Origin: an uncultured bacterium
GTDB taxonomy: Bacteria > Auribacterota > JACPWU01
Reading direction: 5' to 3'
DNA length: 32,000 nt
Assembly: GCA_964640155.1 (NCBI GenBank)
Contig: CAZXEQ010000007.1
Span: 30,001-62,000, forward strand
The notes under the pieces are model-generated. The model saw nothing but the letters and a program-made list of their open reading frames with translations, had not been told where the DNA came from and ran no database searches. A program made the translations under genes and the position numbers. Shown here in pieces: positions 9,901-21,900 of this stretch; the stretch's first letter is position 1, and the number at the start of each line of letters is the position of its first letter.

Positions 9901-12900
9901 AATCAAGAAAGGTCTGCGGCTTTACAACAACTTAGCCAGACAGAACATCATAATTATCCACTGGCTTTAAGTCGTATTGAGGATGCTTTTGGTTTACTGA
10001 TGAGAGGAACTCCGGCTGGGCGTGCAGAAGCTCAAGCTCGATTGTCTCAAGCAGGAGCAGCTTTAGCTCAGTCACAGGATCCAGGTCCTGCCAGTGGAGA
10101 GCTAACAAGACGTAGTTTAAGAACTTTGGGAGAATCATTAAATACAGTTGAATCAGGAAATCCATTATTTCAATCTCGACATCAAGTGAGAGATTCTATT
10201 GCTCAAATGCAAGCTGCGGGTTTAAGAACACAATTGTTCGAATCTTCAAGAACAGATAATCGTGTTGCGTTGACACAAACGATTCTTAGGCTTTATGGAG
10301 ATCCCGGAGCTCAATTCCCATTAAATCAACCTTGGGAAAGAGTGGCTCAAATAGCATTAGGGAATGGGCCTTTCTATAATGGCGGATTGGCTGAAGCGAT
10401 TCGTGCTAACACAGGTGTAATGCAAGGAGCTCATCCGGCTTTAAGTGAGTATACAGCTTTTATTGATCAGACTGTAGATCGCATGATGAATACTCAAGAC
10501 CATAATGTTTTGAATGACAGTGGACGAGCCCTCTCCTTAGCAAAATCAGCCATGCATGTTGCGATGAGAAATCTTGCAGCCCCTCAGTGGGAATCCAGTA
10601 ATCGTTATGTTCAAGCCAGGAGCGAATGGTCACGCGACGTGATGGCGCATATTGGTCGCTATGTGGATGCGATGGGCCGGGCAGGAAATCCGTCTGTCGA
10701 AGATTTCATGCAATCAAGGCAAGAAGGTCCTCAAGGCTATCAAGATGTAGAGCGAGCAGGCTCAGCCCAGAGAGAATCGGAAGGAAGATATATTGGTACA
10801 GCAACTCGTGCTCAGGAAATTTATGGCCTTTTGGCTGCTCAACCAGAATTAGAGCGTTCTATTCGAGTGACCATGCGTTGGGTCGATCAGGAAGGCACTG
10901 CTAATCCTTTCCGAATGGTGATGCCAGGAATGCCTTCCTCTCCCGTTTATTTGCCGCAAGAGCAGCCTGGAGAATCAAGACTTGATGTGCATATTGAAGT
11001 GATTGATCCTCTGTTGGTGGGGACCAATCCTGAGACCCAAAGAGATCCTTTGACACAAACAGAATATCAAGTGAATCGTACAACAGGTCAAAGATATCTT
11101 GCTTCATTCTCGGATGGTCAAGTTGTGATTAGAAATATGACTGAAAGAAATGAAACTCAAGAGACTGGAAGGACCATAGTTCGTGGTCCTGAAGGTAGAA
11201 TTGCTCAGGTCACAAATTTTTCAACATCGATGAGAATCGAAAATTCATCGAGCCAGACAGCTCAAAATGTATCAACAGTTACAATCACTTATCCAGAAGG
11301 TGCACCTGTTCATTCTCCTCAAACAGTGACACGGACAACCAATGCCGATCGCTCTATGACGATGACATTATCCGATGGCAATAGAACGGTACAAATTCCT
11401 GCGCCTAGAGGCAATTATAATTATGCCCCTATGAATTTAACAACAGAGGGAGTCAGCATTCAGGAAAGTGGAAGACAAAATCCGACATTTCTTTATGATG
11501 CAGAAACGGGTGGGTCGGCGGTTGTTTCAAGATATGATGATCGTGGGGTTCCACAACAAATTTCGTTTACAAATAGGGATGGTAGCTCAAGAGATATTCG
11601 TGTTACTTCCAGTGAATCAACAGGCTTTGGTTTTGAAGAAAGAGATAGCCAAGGCAATGTTCTTCAAACTAGATCTTATTCAGATACCAGAGGCCGGGCT
11701 TTGGATTTAAGACTCACAGCCAATGGATTTACACTTCAGTCTCGCGATTCTCGAATGCCTATTGGTGGATTCGATGCAGCGACTGCTTCATTCCTAGAAT
11801 ATGACTGGACAGGACGTCGCTTAAGTGGTGTTCAAAGAATTCAGGAGCATTTACAAGCTGATGGTACCAGGGTGCGAGATCTTACCAATACGCAATTTAC
11901 CTATCGAGACAATGACTCCAGTGTTGAAGTCAGAAGCTTAAGAGGACGTCGGGTGGCTGCTGACGGAACGATTAGCTATAGCCAAATCATGCCTGTTCAA
12001 ACCATTTCTAGTATGGGAGAAGCTAATGCCCGAGTGATGCCTGGAGGCGGAGTAGAACTGACAGACGCCAGTGGTGTAATTTACAGAGATGGAATGACCC
12101 GAGATCCTAGCACAGGTCAGGAAACCTCTTACAATCAGGCTGTTTATCGGGACTTCCGTATTTATAACGCAGCAAGTGTTGTTACGCTTACTCCAGAACT
12201 TCAAAGAGATGCTGCAGGTTTTGCCAGACGCGATGCCCAAGGTAAAGTCATGGGAGTTGAAGGTCATGACACGATTCATGCTGTGACTTATGACGCAGGA
12301 CTCATTACCTCTATTGATCATCGTCCGCTTGCTGAAGCTAATCAAGCTTGGGGAATGCGCGTTGCATTTGATGGCGACAGAGCTAATTTCACATTTACTG
12401 GTGCAGCTGCTCGTGGCATGCTTGCAACTCATGGTACAAGTTTGAATGGTGTGACTCGCGCTAATGCTCGAATCGTCGAACGAGGTGATGGCGGTTTTGC
12501 TGTCCAACGTCGTGATGGGGAAAGTTATACTGATGTGTTGATTGAACGCATTAATACAGAGCCAGGAGAACATCAAGGCGAGCATACGAGAGATACTGTA
12601 GAACCTGGGCATCCCACGATGGATTTTGATCCTGAGGGACGTCCGATCAATTGTGTGCGCACTACTTTTGACAAAGTGACTATTTATCGAGGCATACAAT
12701 GGGTTCCTGCTGGACCTCAAGGTTATAACATTCGAACAGGGTATATTCTGGAAACACAAGCCAATGGGCACACCATTGAAACAGTCTATGAGAGAGTTCG
12801 TTATAATGATCGTGGGCAGCCTGTTGCGAGAACGATTTATCGTACCGAAAATGGTGTTAGGACTGATCAAAGTGAGGAAATTGCTAGAAATCACAGAGAA

Positions 12901-15900
12901 ACAGTTGAGAGGATGACCAAAAATATCGAAGATATCGGTAGTTGGTACCAAGCTCATCGTGGACTTATTCCGGCTCAGAGATCTGCTGAAATTGACGCCT
13001 TACTTGCCATGCCCATTGATGGAGAACATGGCTTAGTGAATATTGATATTCAAAGTTTTACGGAAGAAGTTCGGGGAGTTGACAAGACGGGTGAAGATTT
13101 ACATGGCCGATACATGACTCCAGAGGTTTTAGGTCTTATTGATCGTACAGCTCAAGCTTTAAGAGACACTCCTTCTCTCTCAGGAATTCCGCAAGCACGA
13201 AGAGCTGAATTTGAAACAGCCCTGAATGCGAATCGTGCAGATATTTTAGGAAATTTAGCTGAAGTTCTTACCATTATTCGAGAACATCGAGACTTACCTG
13301 TCCAAGCGCTGGAGCCTACGCGTGTTGCTTTAAATAGAGAAGAGACGTTTAGACAAGTGGCAAACCGCTATGGCCAGGTTCAGTCCATGCGTGACGAGGC
13401 AAGTAGCTATGCTACTTATCAAACATCATCCATTCCTGATGCAACAATTCGTGGAGAAGTTCAGGCTGCTATTAATACCATTGGTAGAAATTTAAAATTT
13501 GCTGCAGATCGATATGGAGATGAACTCAATCGTGCATTGGAAGATCTTCTTAGTGGCGATTTTTCTCGAACTGAGCAATATCTTGGAAATCCAGAACAAA
13601 GACGTCGTGGTTCGCTAGATGTCTTAAAGGGTGAGTACGATTTGGCCGCAGATCATTTGTTGAGAAATGCCGGTAGAGCGGCCGAACTTTATCGCGCTTT
13701 GAACGCAACATCAACTGCTCGAACCACCGTTCAATGGAATGGCCGGCCGGTTACACGAGAAAGAGCTGGCAATATTTTAGCAGCTTTTAGAAGTGGAATA
13801 GGCTTAATGGCTCAAGGGTCTGATTCTTTAAGGCAATCAGATGACACAGTGCGTCATGCGGGTGTGGCTATTTTAGAAAGAGGAAATACAGGTGTCAGAT
13901 TCTTAGAATTAGGCGACCAATATATTCATACAAATGTTGCTACACAAGATCGAGGGCTTTATGAACGAGCCATGGGTCTTTTTGATCAAGGTTTGGCTTC
14001 TTATAATAGTTCTGTGGGTCGTTCTACTCCTTATGATTCAAGCATTATACAAAGAGTTTATCGGCTTTTGGGTGATGGACAGGGAATTACCGGTTTCCTT
14101 TCTTCAGCACGTACTTTATCCGATCTTTCAACAAGCCGTCGTGAACGTGTTTCAGCCCAAGATTTTGAACGTCTGGCTAGTGGTTTACATACAGCACATG
14201 ATACAGGTGCAGCTATTACCTCAGAAAATTATCAGGGGCTTTTGAGAACAGGACAAGATCTTGCAAATCGTGTTCGCGCCCAATATCAATTAGCTTTTGC
14301 AGCTTTGGGTGAACATGGATTAACTCGAGAAGTTACTGCTGTTTTTGATATTGCCGAAGGGATGGGAGAATTTACAGGTCGTATTGCAAGTCTTGCGGAA
14401 GGGATTCAGCATTTGACTCGTTTCTACAGCCCAGCCGCGTCCGATCAGTTTTCTGTTGTAATACGAGCGTCTGAAGTAACTCAAGATTTAAATGCGACTA
14501 CTGTACGAATGGCTGGATTTATCCGAGAAGGATTGGCTCAGACAACTTATCTGAGTACACGCTTCTTAGCTCAACCTGGAGCGATTGACGTTAAAGCTCT
14601 TCGAGAGGATCGACGTTATCAAGCCCTTGAGGGAGCTGTTCATAATGTTTCCGTAGGTCAGAGAATTTTAGAAAATGAAGCAAGGTTTAGCCAAGCGCCT
14701 CCAAGAGGTCTTGATCGCGGAATATCCATCGAAAGTGTGTTTTCTCAAGATTCTGCTCAAAGACTTGAAAATGCTCTTTCAAGAGTTCGTGCAACACCTG
14801 AGGAAATAGCCAGCTATCGATCTGTTTATAATGAAACGTTAAGATTTCATCGAGAATCTTTGCAGGCCTATGCTCGAGGGGATGTCAATAAAGCAGACAG
14901 TCTTTCTCAAGCGGCTGGAAAAGGATTCTCTATTCTTGAAGAGTTGACGGGTCTGGTTCGTGAGACTTTGACTGAACGAGGCAGTATCATTGCTGGAGAA
15001 TATGTTTCAACAGAACCCAGGGGAGCGCAAGGGGTTTCTGTACGGACTTATTGTTCTACAGCTCCGTTGGCTTTGGCCAAGGTGAGATATTTGAATGTTG
15101 CTGTCGCTTCGTTTATGGCTAGAAATTATGATCGCATTGAAGATTTTACGGCTGCTTTTAGAGAGGCTTATCGGGAAGGTCGTGAAATATTGAGGGCCGA
15201 ATTTATACGTGCAGGTCGCGTTGAGCTTAATATTATGCGTACGACCGATCGCGAAGGAACTGTCACCTGGCAGATTCAATCAGGCCGACAGGGAATTCAA
15301 CGTTATCTGGATCGAGGTGGAGAAGGTCTAAGAATTTTAGCTCGCGGTCTGACGCGGGAAGCAGTTGGACAATTCCAAGGTGTGGTGGTTCATTATTTTA
15401 ATAATATCGATCAAGCCCGCAGGGATTTAAGAACCACAGAACAGACGCATACTTCCGTTGAAAACTTAAGAAATCTAGGACCGCGACTTACGACTGAAGA
15501 AACAGCACTGAATCAAGGGAAAGCTAATATTGTTGATTCAAGATTAACTCATGAGAGAGTTCTGAATCGTCGTGCTTTGGCTTTATTGAATGATGGACGT
15601 TTTAACGAATCAGATAGAACTTTAAGAATTTTGAGCACTTATCAACATATTACTGCGACATTCATGAATGCAACAGCTAGACGATCAACTACAGGTGGAG
15701 TAGAACTTATCTACAGTGGAAGTAATAATTTAAAAGATCTCAATGGTCATAAATTACCTCCAGACCAAGCGATTGTTTTAGCTAGGGAAAATGCAGATCA
15801 TACCATTGTTTATGCTCCTGAAGCTCGTACACAGTTAGCTCAGATGCAAACAACTTATTTAGCTCAACACTATACTTTGAATGATCTTTATCATTCATCA

Positions 15901-18900
15901 GCTTTTGCAGTTTTAACCTATGTAGTAGCGATGGCCAATTTAGAAGACGCTGTTGTTCGGGGAGATGATGTAGCAGCTCAAGAGGCCTCAGCTCAAGCTG
16001 ATGCTTGTGCCAATCCTTCTGATGAATCGGGGCTTATTGCGTCTGCAATGGCGCGTGAAGGTTTGGGAGAACTCAATAAGGGGACCAATGCGGTTCTTTT
16101 TGATGTAGACGGGGGTCCCCATAATATCGCAGGCGTTCTTCAAGATTTGGATCAAAGATTTGAAAGAGGCATTCAGCTTTTTGTGGATAGACAATACGAC
16201 AGAGCTTCTTCTGAGTTCAGGGAAATCGGACAGAATTATCAAACTTTGACAGCTTATGTAAATAACTTTGGTCAATTGGATGAAACAGGATTCAGAGAAG
16301 GTCAAGGCAATATGCAGTCCATACGCAGGTTGTTAGCGACCTTGAATATCACGGTTCCAACGGGACCTCTTCAAATCACACCAGAGCTTATCACTCAGGT
16401 TCTTCGTGCTTGGGAATCCAATCCTGCTCATGAAAGCAATCTTGTTCTTAAAGCAGGCTTAGTTCGCTTCACAATGCTTGTTCATATTCGACAAGGAATG
16501 GCCCATTTACAAACAGCTCGTGAAGCCATGATGCGTGGAGATTGGATTTCGGCTAGACACTCGACCACAAGGGCTACGCTTTCTCGGGAAAATGTGCAGG
16601 AAAGAGAACGTACGCTGCGAAATGACACTCTTCAAAGAGAGTTTTATGAAGGTTGGGATGAGCAAGTTGGAGGAAACACTGTTCATCATAAAGGCTTTAA
16701 TGAAATACGAGATGAGATTGCTCGTGAGCAGTCCACCTCGTCTACAACACTTTCTGAAAGAGAAGCCTTAGGCGAGAGATTAGGACTAGGACAAGGGGCG
16801 GTGATTAGAAGTGGAACGTTGGCGAATTTGCGTAGCAATGCAGCTGCAAGAAATGCGGCAGTGGAAACCTTGTCCGTTCGGGCAGGAGTCATTGGACTCT
16901 TAAATTCAGAATTAGGAGCACGAGGTCGTATCTTAAATTCGCTGAATACTCTTCTTTCTCGGGATCATCTCACAACGGCTCAAATGGATAGAGCTGATCG
17001 TATGTTGGGAGTCGTTTCAGTTTCAAGGGATAGGGCTAATTCTATTGATCAAGCTTATAGCGAGGGGCGCATACGACTTGATCGTACTCATACCGATGAG
17101 GAAGGGCATGTTGAACGTAACTATACAGACAGGACAGCTCGTGGACGCCTTGTAATCGATCTGCGTGATCCCAGTGGGCAGTCGGTTCAAATTGAATTGG
17201 CTCAAGTTCGTTTCGGGGTTTCTCAGAGGGAAGGTGTGAATCAATGGGTTAATTTTGGGGTCAATCCTTCAGGGGTTGGAACAGGTGATGTCACAGCGAT
17301 AGGAAATGCAATGGCCCCATTTGCCTTTAATGCTCAGATGGATCAGCTTGGAAGCTCGGCCTATCTTTTCCTTCAAAGAGAATTAAATTTTACTCAGGTT
17401 TTCCAACAAGGGGAACAACATGGATGGGAAACAGTTCCTCTTCAGTCCTTTGATAAGCTTAACGCTTATAACAATGCCTTTAATGCTGTTTCAGCCAGAG
17501 ATCAGGTGACTTTTGCTGCAACGACAGGACATCCAATAGCGGTAGGAGCGATTACGACGGCTGTCGCAGAAGTGACGAGTTCACAAGCCTATCAAAATGC
17601 GGCTTCTCTTGCGCGACAGGGAGCCATGTTCATTATGTTGGGTAATTTTAAAGCAGCTTCAAATATTTATCAGGAAGTAGCTTCTCAATATCAGGAGATG
17701 GGGACGTATGAAGTTCAGCGAAGCGCAAATATTCAAAGACAAGATGCTTTGAAAGCGGAAGTCATTAATAATCCTCATGGGAAGACAGCAGAGGCGCTTC
17801 GTTCATTAGGTTTATTGGATGCGAACGGGCGTATTCAGTTTGGCTCCAACGGAAGTCCAGCCGCATTGAATCAATCTTTATCCCGTTTTTTACTTGTTCC
17901 AGATCTTGCCAATACAGCAAATGCAAACACGCTTTTGGGTGATGTTATTTCTCCTAGCACTGCAGGTCTGATTCGTACAAGTCTGACGCAACAAGGCCGC
18001 TTTTCTGAAAGTAATCTTCGAGATGCCCAAAATATGTTGGCAAGTTTGATCTTAACTCAGCGTTCTAATACGGAATTGACTCAGGCTTTAACTGCGATGA
18101 ATAGTGGAGATCATACGGCGGCAACAAAGCATATGGAGCATGCTCAAGTTCTTACCCAAGCTTCATCACATATAGCTGCATTAGTGGGTATCCCAACTGG
18201 TAGTTATCGAATGGGTTCTACAGGGCCTCTTCGAACGGCAACTCAGGTGGTTACAGCTGTTGTGGCAAAGGTACGTGAACTGATAAGCACAGACAGTGCC
18301 ACTCGAAGGGCTGAGATCAATGTAGAACTGGGTGCGATGCAAGCGGTCATTACAGCGAGGCAGACGGTAGATCAGGGGTTAGCAGATGCGCAGCGCACGC
18401 CCACCAGTGCAATTATTCAAGAGGCGACGCAAGGAGATCGCGAAGCTTTGATGAATTCTTTAGGGCTACAAGGAGAACAAAGAACAAATTTTGAACATTT
18501 GATTGAAAGATATATCGCTAATGAAGAAAGTGGGAAAGAGGCTACAGCGGTAGGTGATAGACGCCGAGAGTTAGAACATCAACGTTCTCAAATTGTGGAT
18601 CAAATTTCTCAAACAATAAGTCAAGCTTTGACAAGAATGAACATTAATAATGTGTCTGATTTGGAGCGCCATACTGCAGGACGACCTAATCATATGACAA
18701 TGCTGAGAAGTTTTGTACAGATTACAGAACTTCAAAGAAAAGTTGAGCGCGGAGAAACTTTGACTCAGGCAGATATCACGACCTTAAGAAATGCCGTGCA
18801 AAATTCGGCAAATGCAGGAACATCGCCAAGGGCTTTTTATGAGAGGTTTACAGATGGTGTCCAACATGGGTTTGGATCTGCTAGGCAAAGTCTTGTCAGT

Positions 18901-21900
18901 TCATGGAATAATCTTATCGCAGGTAACATTACCAGTGCTTTCAGAGATTTAGGTGTGACTTATGGAAGATATTTAAAAGCTGCGTTTTTGGATACATTCG
19001 TGGGTTATTTTCGACATGTTATTTTAGGTGGTGTCACAGAAGGCATTGGTTATGGAGCCCGTATGGTTTGGGGGCTTGGAAAATGGGCTGTGGCTTCTGC
19101 AACCGCTAATCGTCCGGATAATTTTGATTATTGGGTTTATGTTGAAGAAGGTAGAGACACGCGCGAAGTACAATCTACTGTTCTGGATACCTCAGGCTTA
19201 CGTGCTGCAGAAAAAATTTCTCGTTCGGGTCAAGGAGATACAGTGGGTATTGGAGGTCAAACCCTCGAAGAATTCATGAATAGCTCTCAAAGTTTAATGG
19301 ATAATATTCAAAGTCAGCAGGGCCAAATTGAAACTCTTCGTCGTCAGCCTATGACAGAAGCTAATCAGCAAGCCCTCACTTCAGCTTATATGGACCTTCG
19401 TATGACTGTCGGAAAATTTACTGATGGGCATTTAAGCTATCAGATTCATTCTGCGTTGGTCGATGCTCATTACGATAAAGTAGATGCTCAGAACCGCATT
19501 CGACATGAAGAATATCTAAATAATGGTAATGACACACGTTCTCTTCAGAATTTGGCTAATATGGCTCAAGAGGTTCAAGAGAATGGTCAAACAGCTTTAA
19601 ATACTCTTGCAGTAACGCGACAAGAAACTTCACGTGCCATGAATCTTCAGGAGATGGACAGTGCATTTTCAAGAGGTGAAGGTAGAGTGGGAGAATTTAT
19701 CGCCAATGCTCAAAGAGTGCATGGGCTTAATAATCTCATCACTCAGGCTTATGATATGACGAAAAGCCATGGCGGATTTATGGACCTTTATCTTGAATTT
19801 CAAGATGCTTGCACGGGATTTGATGCGCACAATGGAGCAGTTGCTTTACGTAGGTTGAGCACGCAGGCCGAAGGTATGCTTTCTACTTATCAAAGAACGC
19901 AAATCGTCAATCAAACTGCTTTTGAAGGCCTTTCATCAAGCATGCAGGATCGAGTGACTCAACTGAATGCAGCTATCAAGTCAGGTGAAACAAGATTTGC
20001 CATTGTGCAATTTGTTGTCATTGATGTTGGATTAACTTTAGTGACAGCAGGAGGAGGTTTGGGTATACGTGCGGCAATTAAGGTAGCTTCCGAAGCTGCA
20101 ATGGAATCTGTAGCAAGAAGACTAGCAACACAAGGTGTTGAAGTTATATTGAAGGATGGAGCTAGGATAGCAGCCAGAGATCTTGTGAAGGAAGTAGCCC
20201 AAATTGGTTTAGGAGATGTTATTCGGTCAGTAGCATGGCGTGAAGCAGTGAGAGCAGTAGGTACTTATGCGGGCCAATACGTGTTGGCTTTTGGGCGAAG
20301 CCTTTTTACCCATTATTTTGCTAAAGAAGGTGCTGTTCGACAAGGTTTGGAAAGATTAGGGAAAACGGTAGGCAGAGAGGCTGTTCCCCAAGGTGCAAGC
20401 CGTTTACAAAAAGTTTTGAGTCATTGGGGTGAGCAGCTTCAGCGTATCAATCCACTTCGCGGGGCAGGTGCTGGTTTTGAACGTTCAGGAGTGATTGAAT
20501 TATTGGGCTCCATGCGACATGGTGCTCACACGTTTGCGATGTTGGAATTCATTGGCCCCATTTTAAATCCGATTATGAATCATACTTTGAATCCTGTTCT
20601 CAATCTTGTTGTTGATTTAATGAATCGTGCTGGAATTCAAGTGGGTCATATGCATGAAGCTCCTTCTGTAAGTTTTGGACAGTTGATAACGCTCAGAGGC
20701 TTGGAAGCTCATTTAGGACGTGTGGCAGATGCCTATATGAGTGGTTTGAAAATGGGTCCTCTCTTTTCTTTTCAAATACCCGGCCATATTTTTGCCGTGG
20801 GAAGTGTAGGTTTTAGATTAGCGGCAGGGGGTTTTTATGGAGCACTTGAGCCGATGATGCGGCGCGTTGGAGCGCAGGCTTTGGGCAAATCTGTTTCTCA
20901 GGCGGTAAGAGGTGTTCTCTGGCCAGCAATTCGTAGAGAGGTTGAAGGAGGGGCAACAAAAATTCTTTGGGGTAGAGTCGCTCAACGTGCAGCTCTTTCG
21001 GTGATTACAGGTCCTCTTGCTATGAGTGGTTTTATGGCTCAACAGGTAAATGGTCTTCTGATGTTCAAGGTCGCGGAGGTGGGTGTTGAATTTTCAGTTC
21101 GAACATTCTTAGCGCTTTCAAATACAATTGGAGGAACGCAGTTCACAAGCGAACAGATAGAGCACATGGTCGCAACAGCGAAAGAATATTCTTTCCTATT
21201 GGTTCCAACGATGACCCGTCATATGGAATCTGGATTGGCAGCCATGCGATTTGCAGATACGATGCTAGAAGGTGTTCGTGGTCAGGATGGGTCTGTTCAA
21301 GTCCAATCGATGACTGAAAGAATTGCGAATAGAGTAAATGAAATGACGGGTGTTCTTACTGCTCATGTTACAAAGATGCATGAGGCTACAAATAGTGATC
21401 AGTTTAATGCTGCGAGTGAGGCTTTACGTGCGGAATTGGAAAAACAAGGTATTGAAGCACCTGCAGAGCTTCAACAAGCTGAAAATGCTTGGAGAGAAGC
21501 CCAAGCAAATTCAGTTGCTCCAAAAGAAGGTGAATCTCTTCCTGCTCCTAATCGAGAAGCAGCTAGAGCACCTAATCTCGATGCTTATAAAGAGCGCGTT
21601 TCTTCCTTGAATGAGCCTTTAAGAAGAGCCGTTGAAGAGGGAGGAACAAAAGATTTACGCTTGATTCAACATATTTTAGAAGGTAGAACGGGTGCTGCTG
21701 AGCAGATTTTAAATGATCTCTTATTATCTAGACCCGGTGATGCTATTTCTGCACTGCAAGGTGTGGCAAAACTTTTTGAAGCTGCACGTACTCACATGGA
21801 AGAATCTGGGATTCACATGAGTGCGGAAGCCTTTGTTCAAAGTGTAGATCCTGGAGGTAGCGTAAGACATTTAGTGGAAATAGCCGCTCGAGAAGGTTTG

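Noticed and set aside
11938-12957. Longest ORF in the supplied track (339 aa, minus strand).
   Set aside because: It is antisense to the stop-free frame +1 inside YD block II. Its translation is Ser/Ile/Thr/Cys/Asn-rich with no recognisable motif, while the + strand frame carries clear YD motifs over the same bases. I treat it as a shadow ORF.
3181-16545. Multiple RGD tripeptides (for example near 3184, 9082, 12484, 14875, 15958 and 16534) as possible integrin-binding sites.
   Set aside because: Arg, Gly and Asp are all very abundant here. Most RGDs are part of the recurring TPR-like R-G-D-x-x-x-A helix-turn signature. Chance and motif context explain them.
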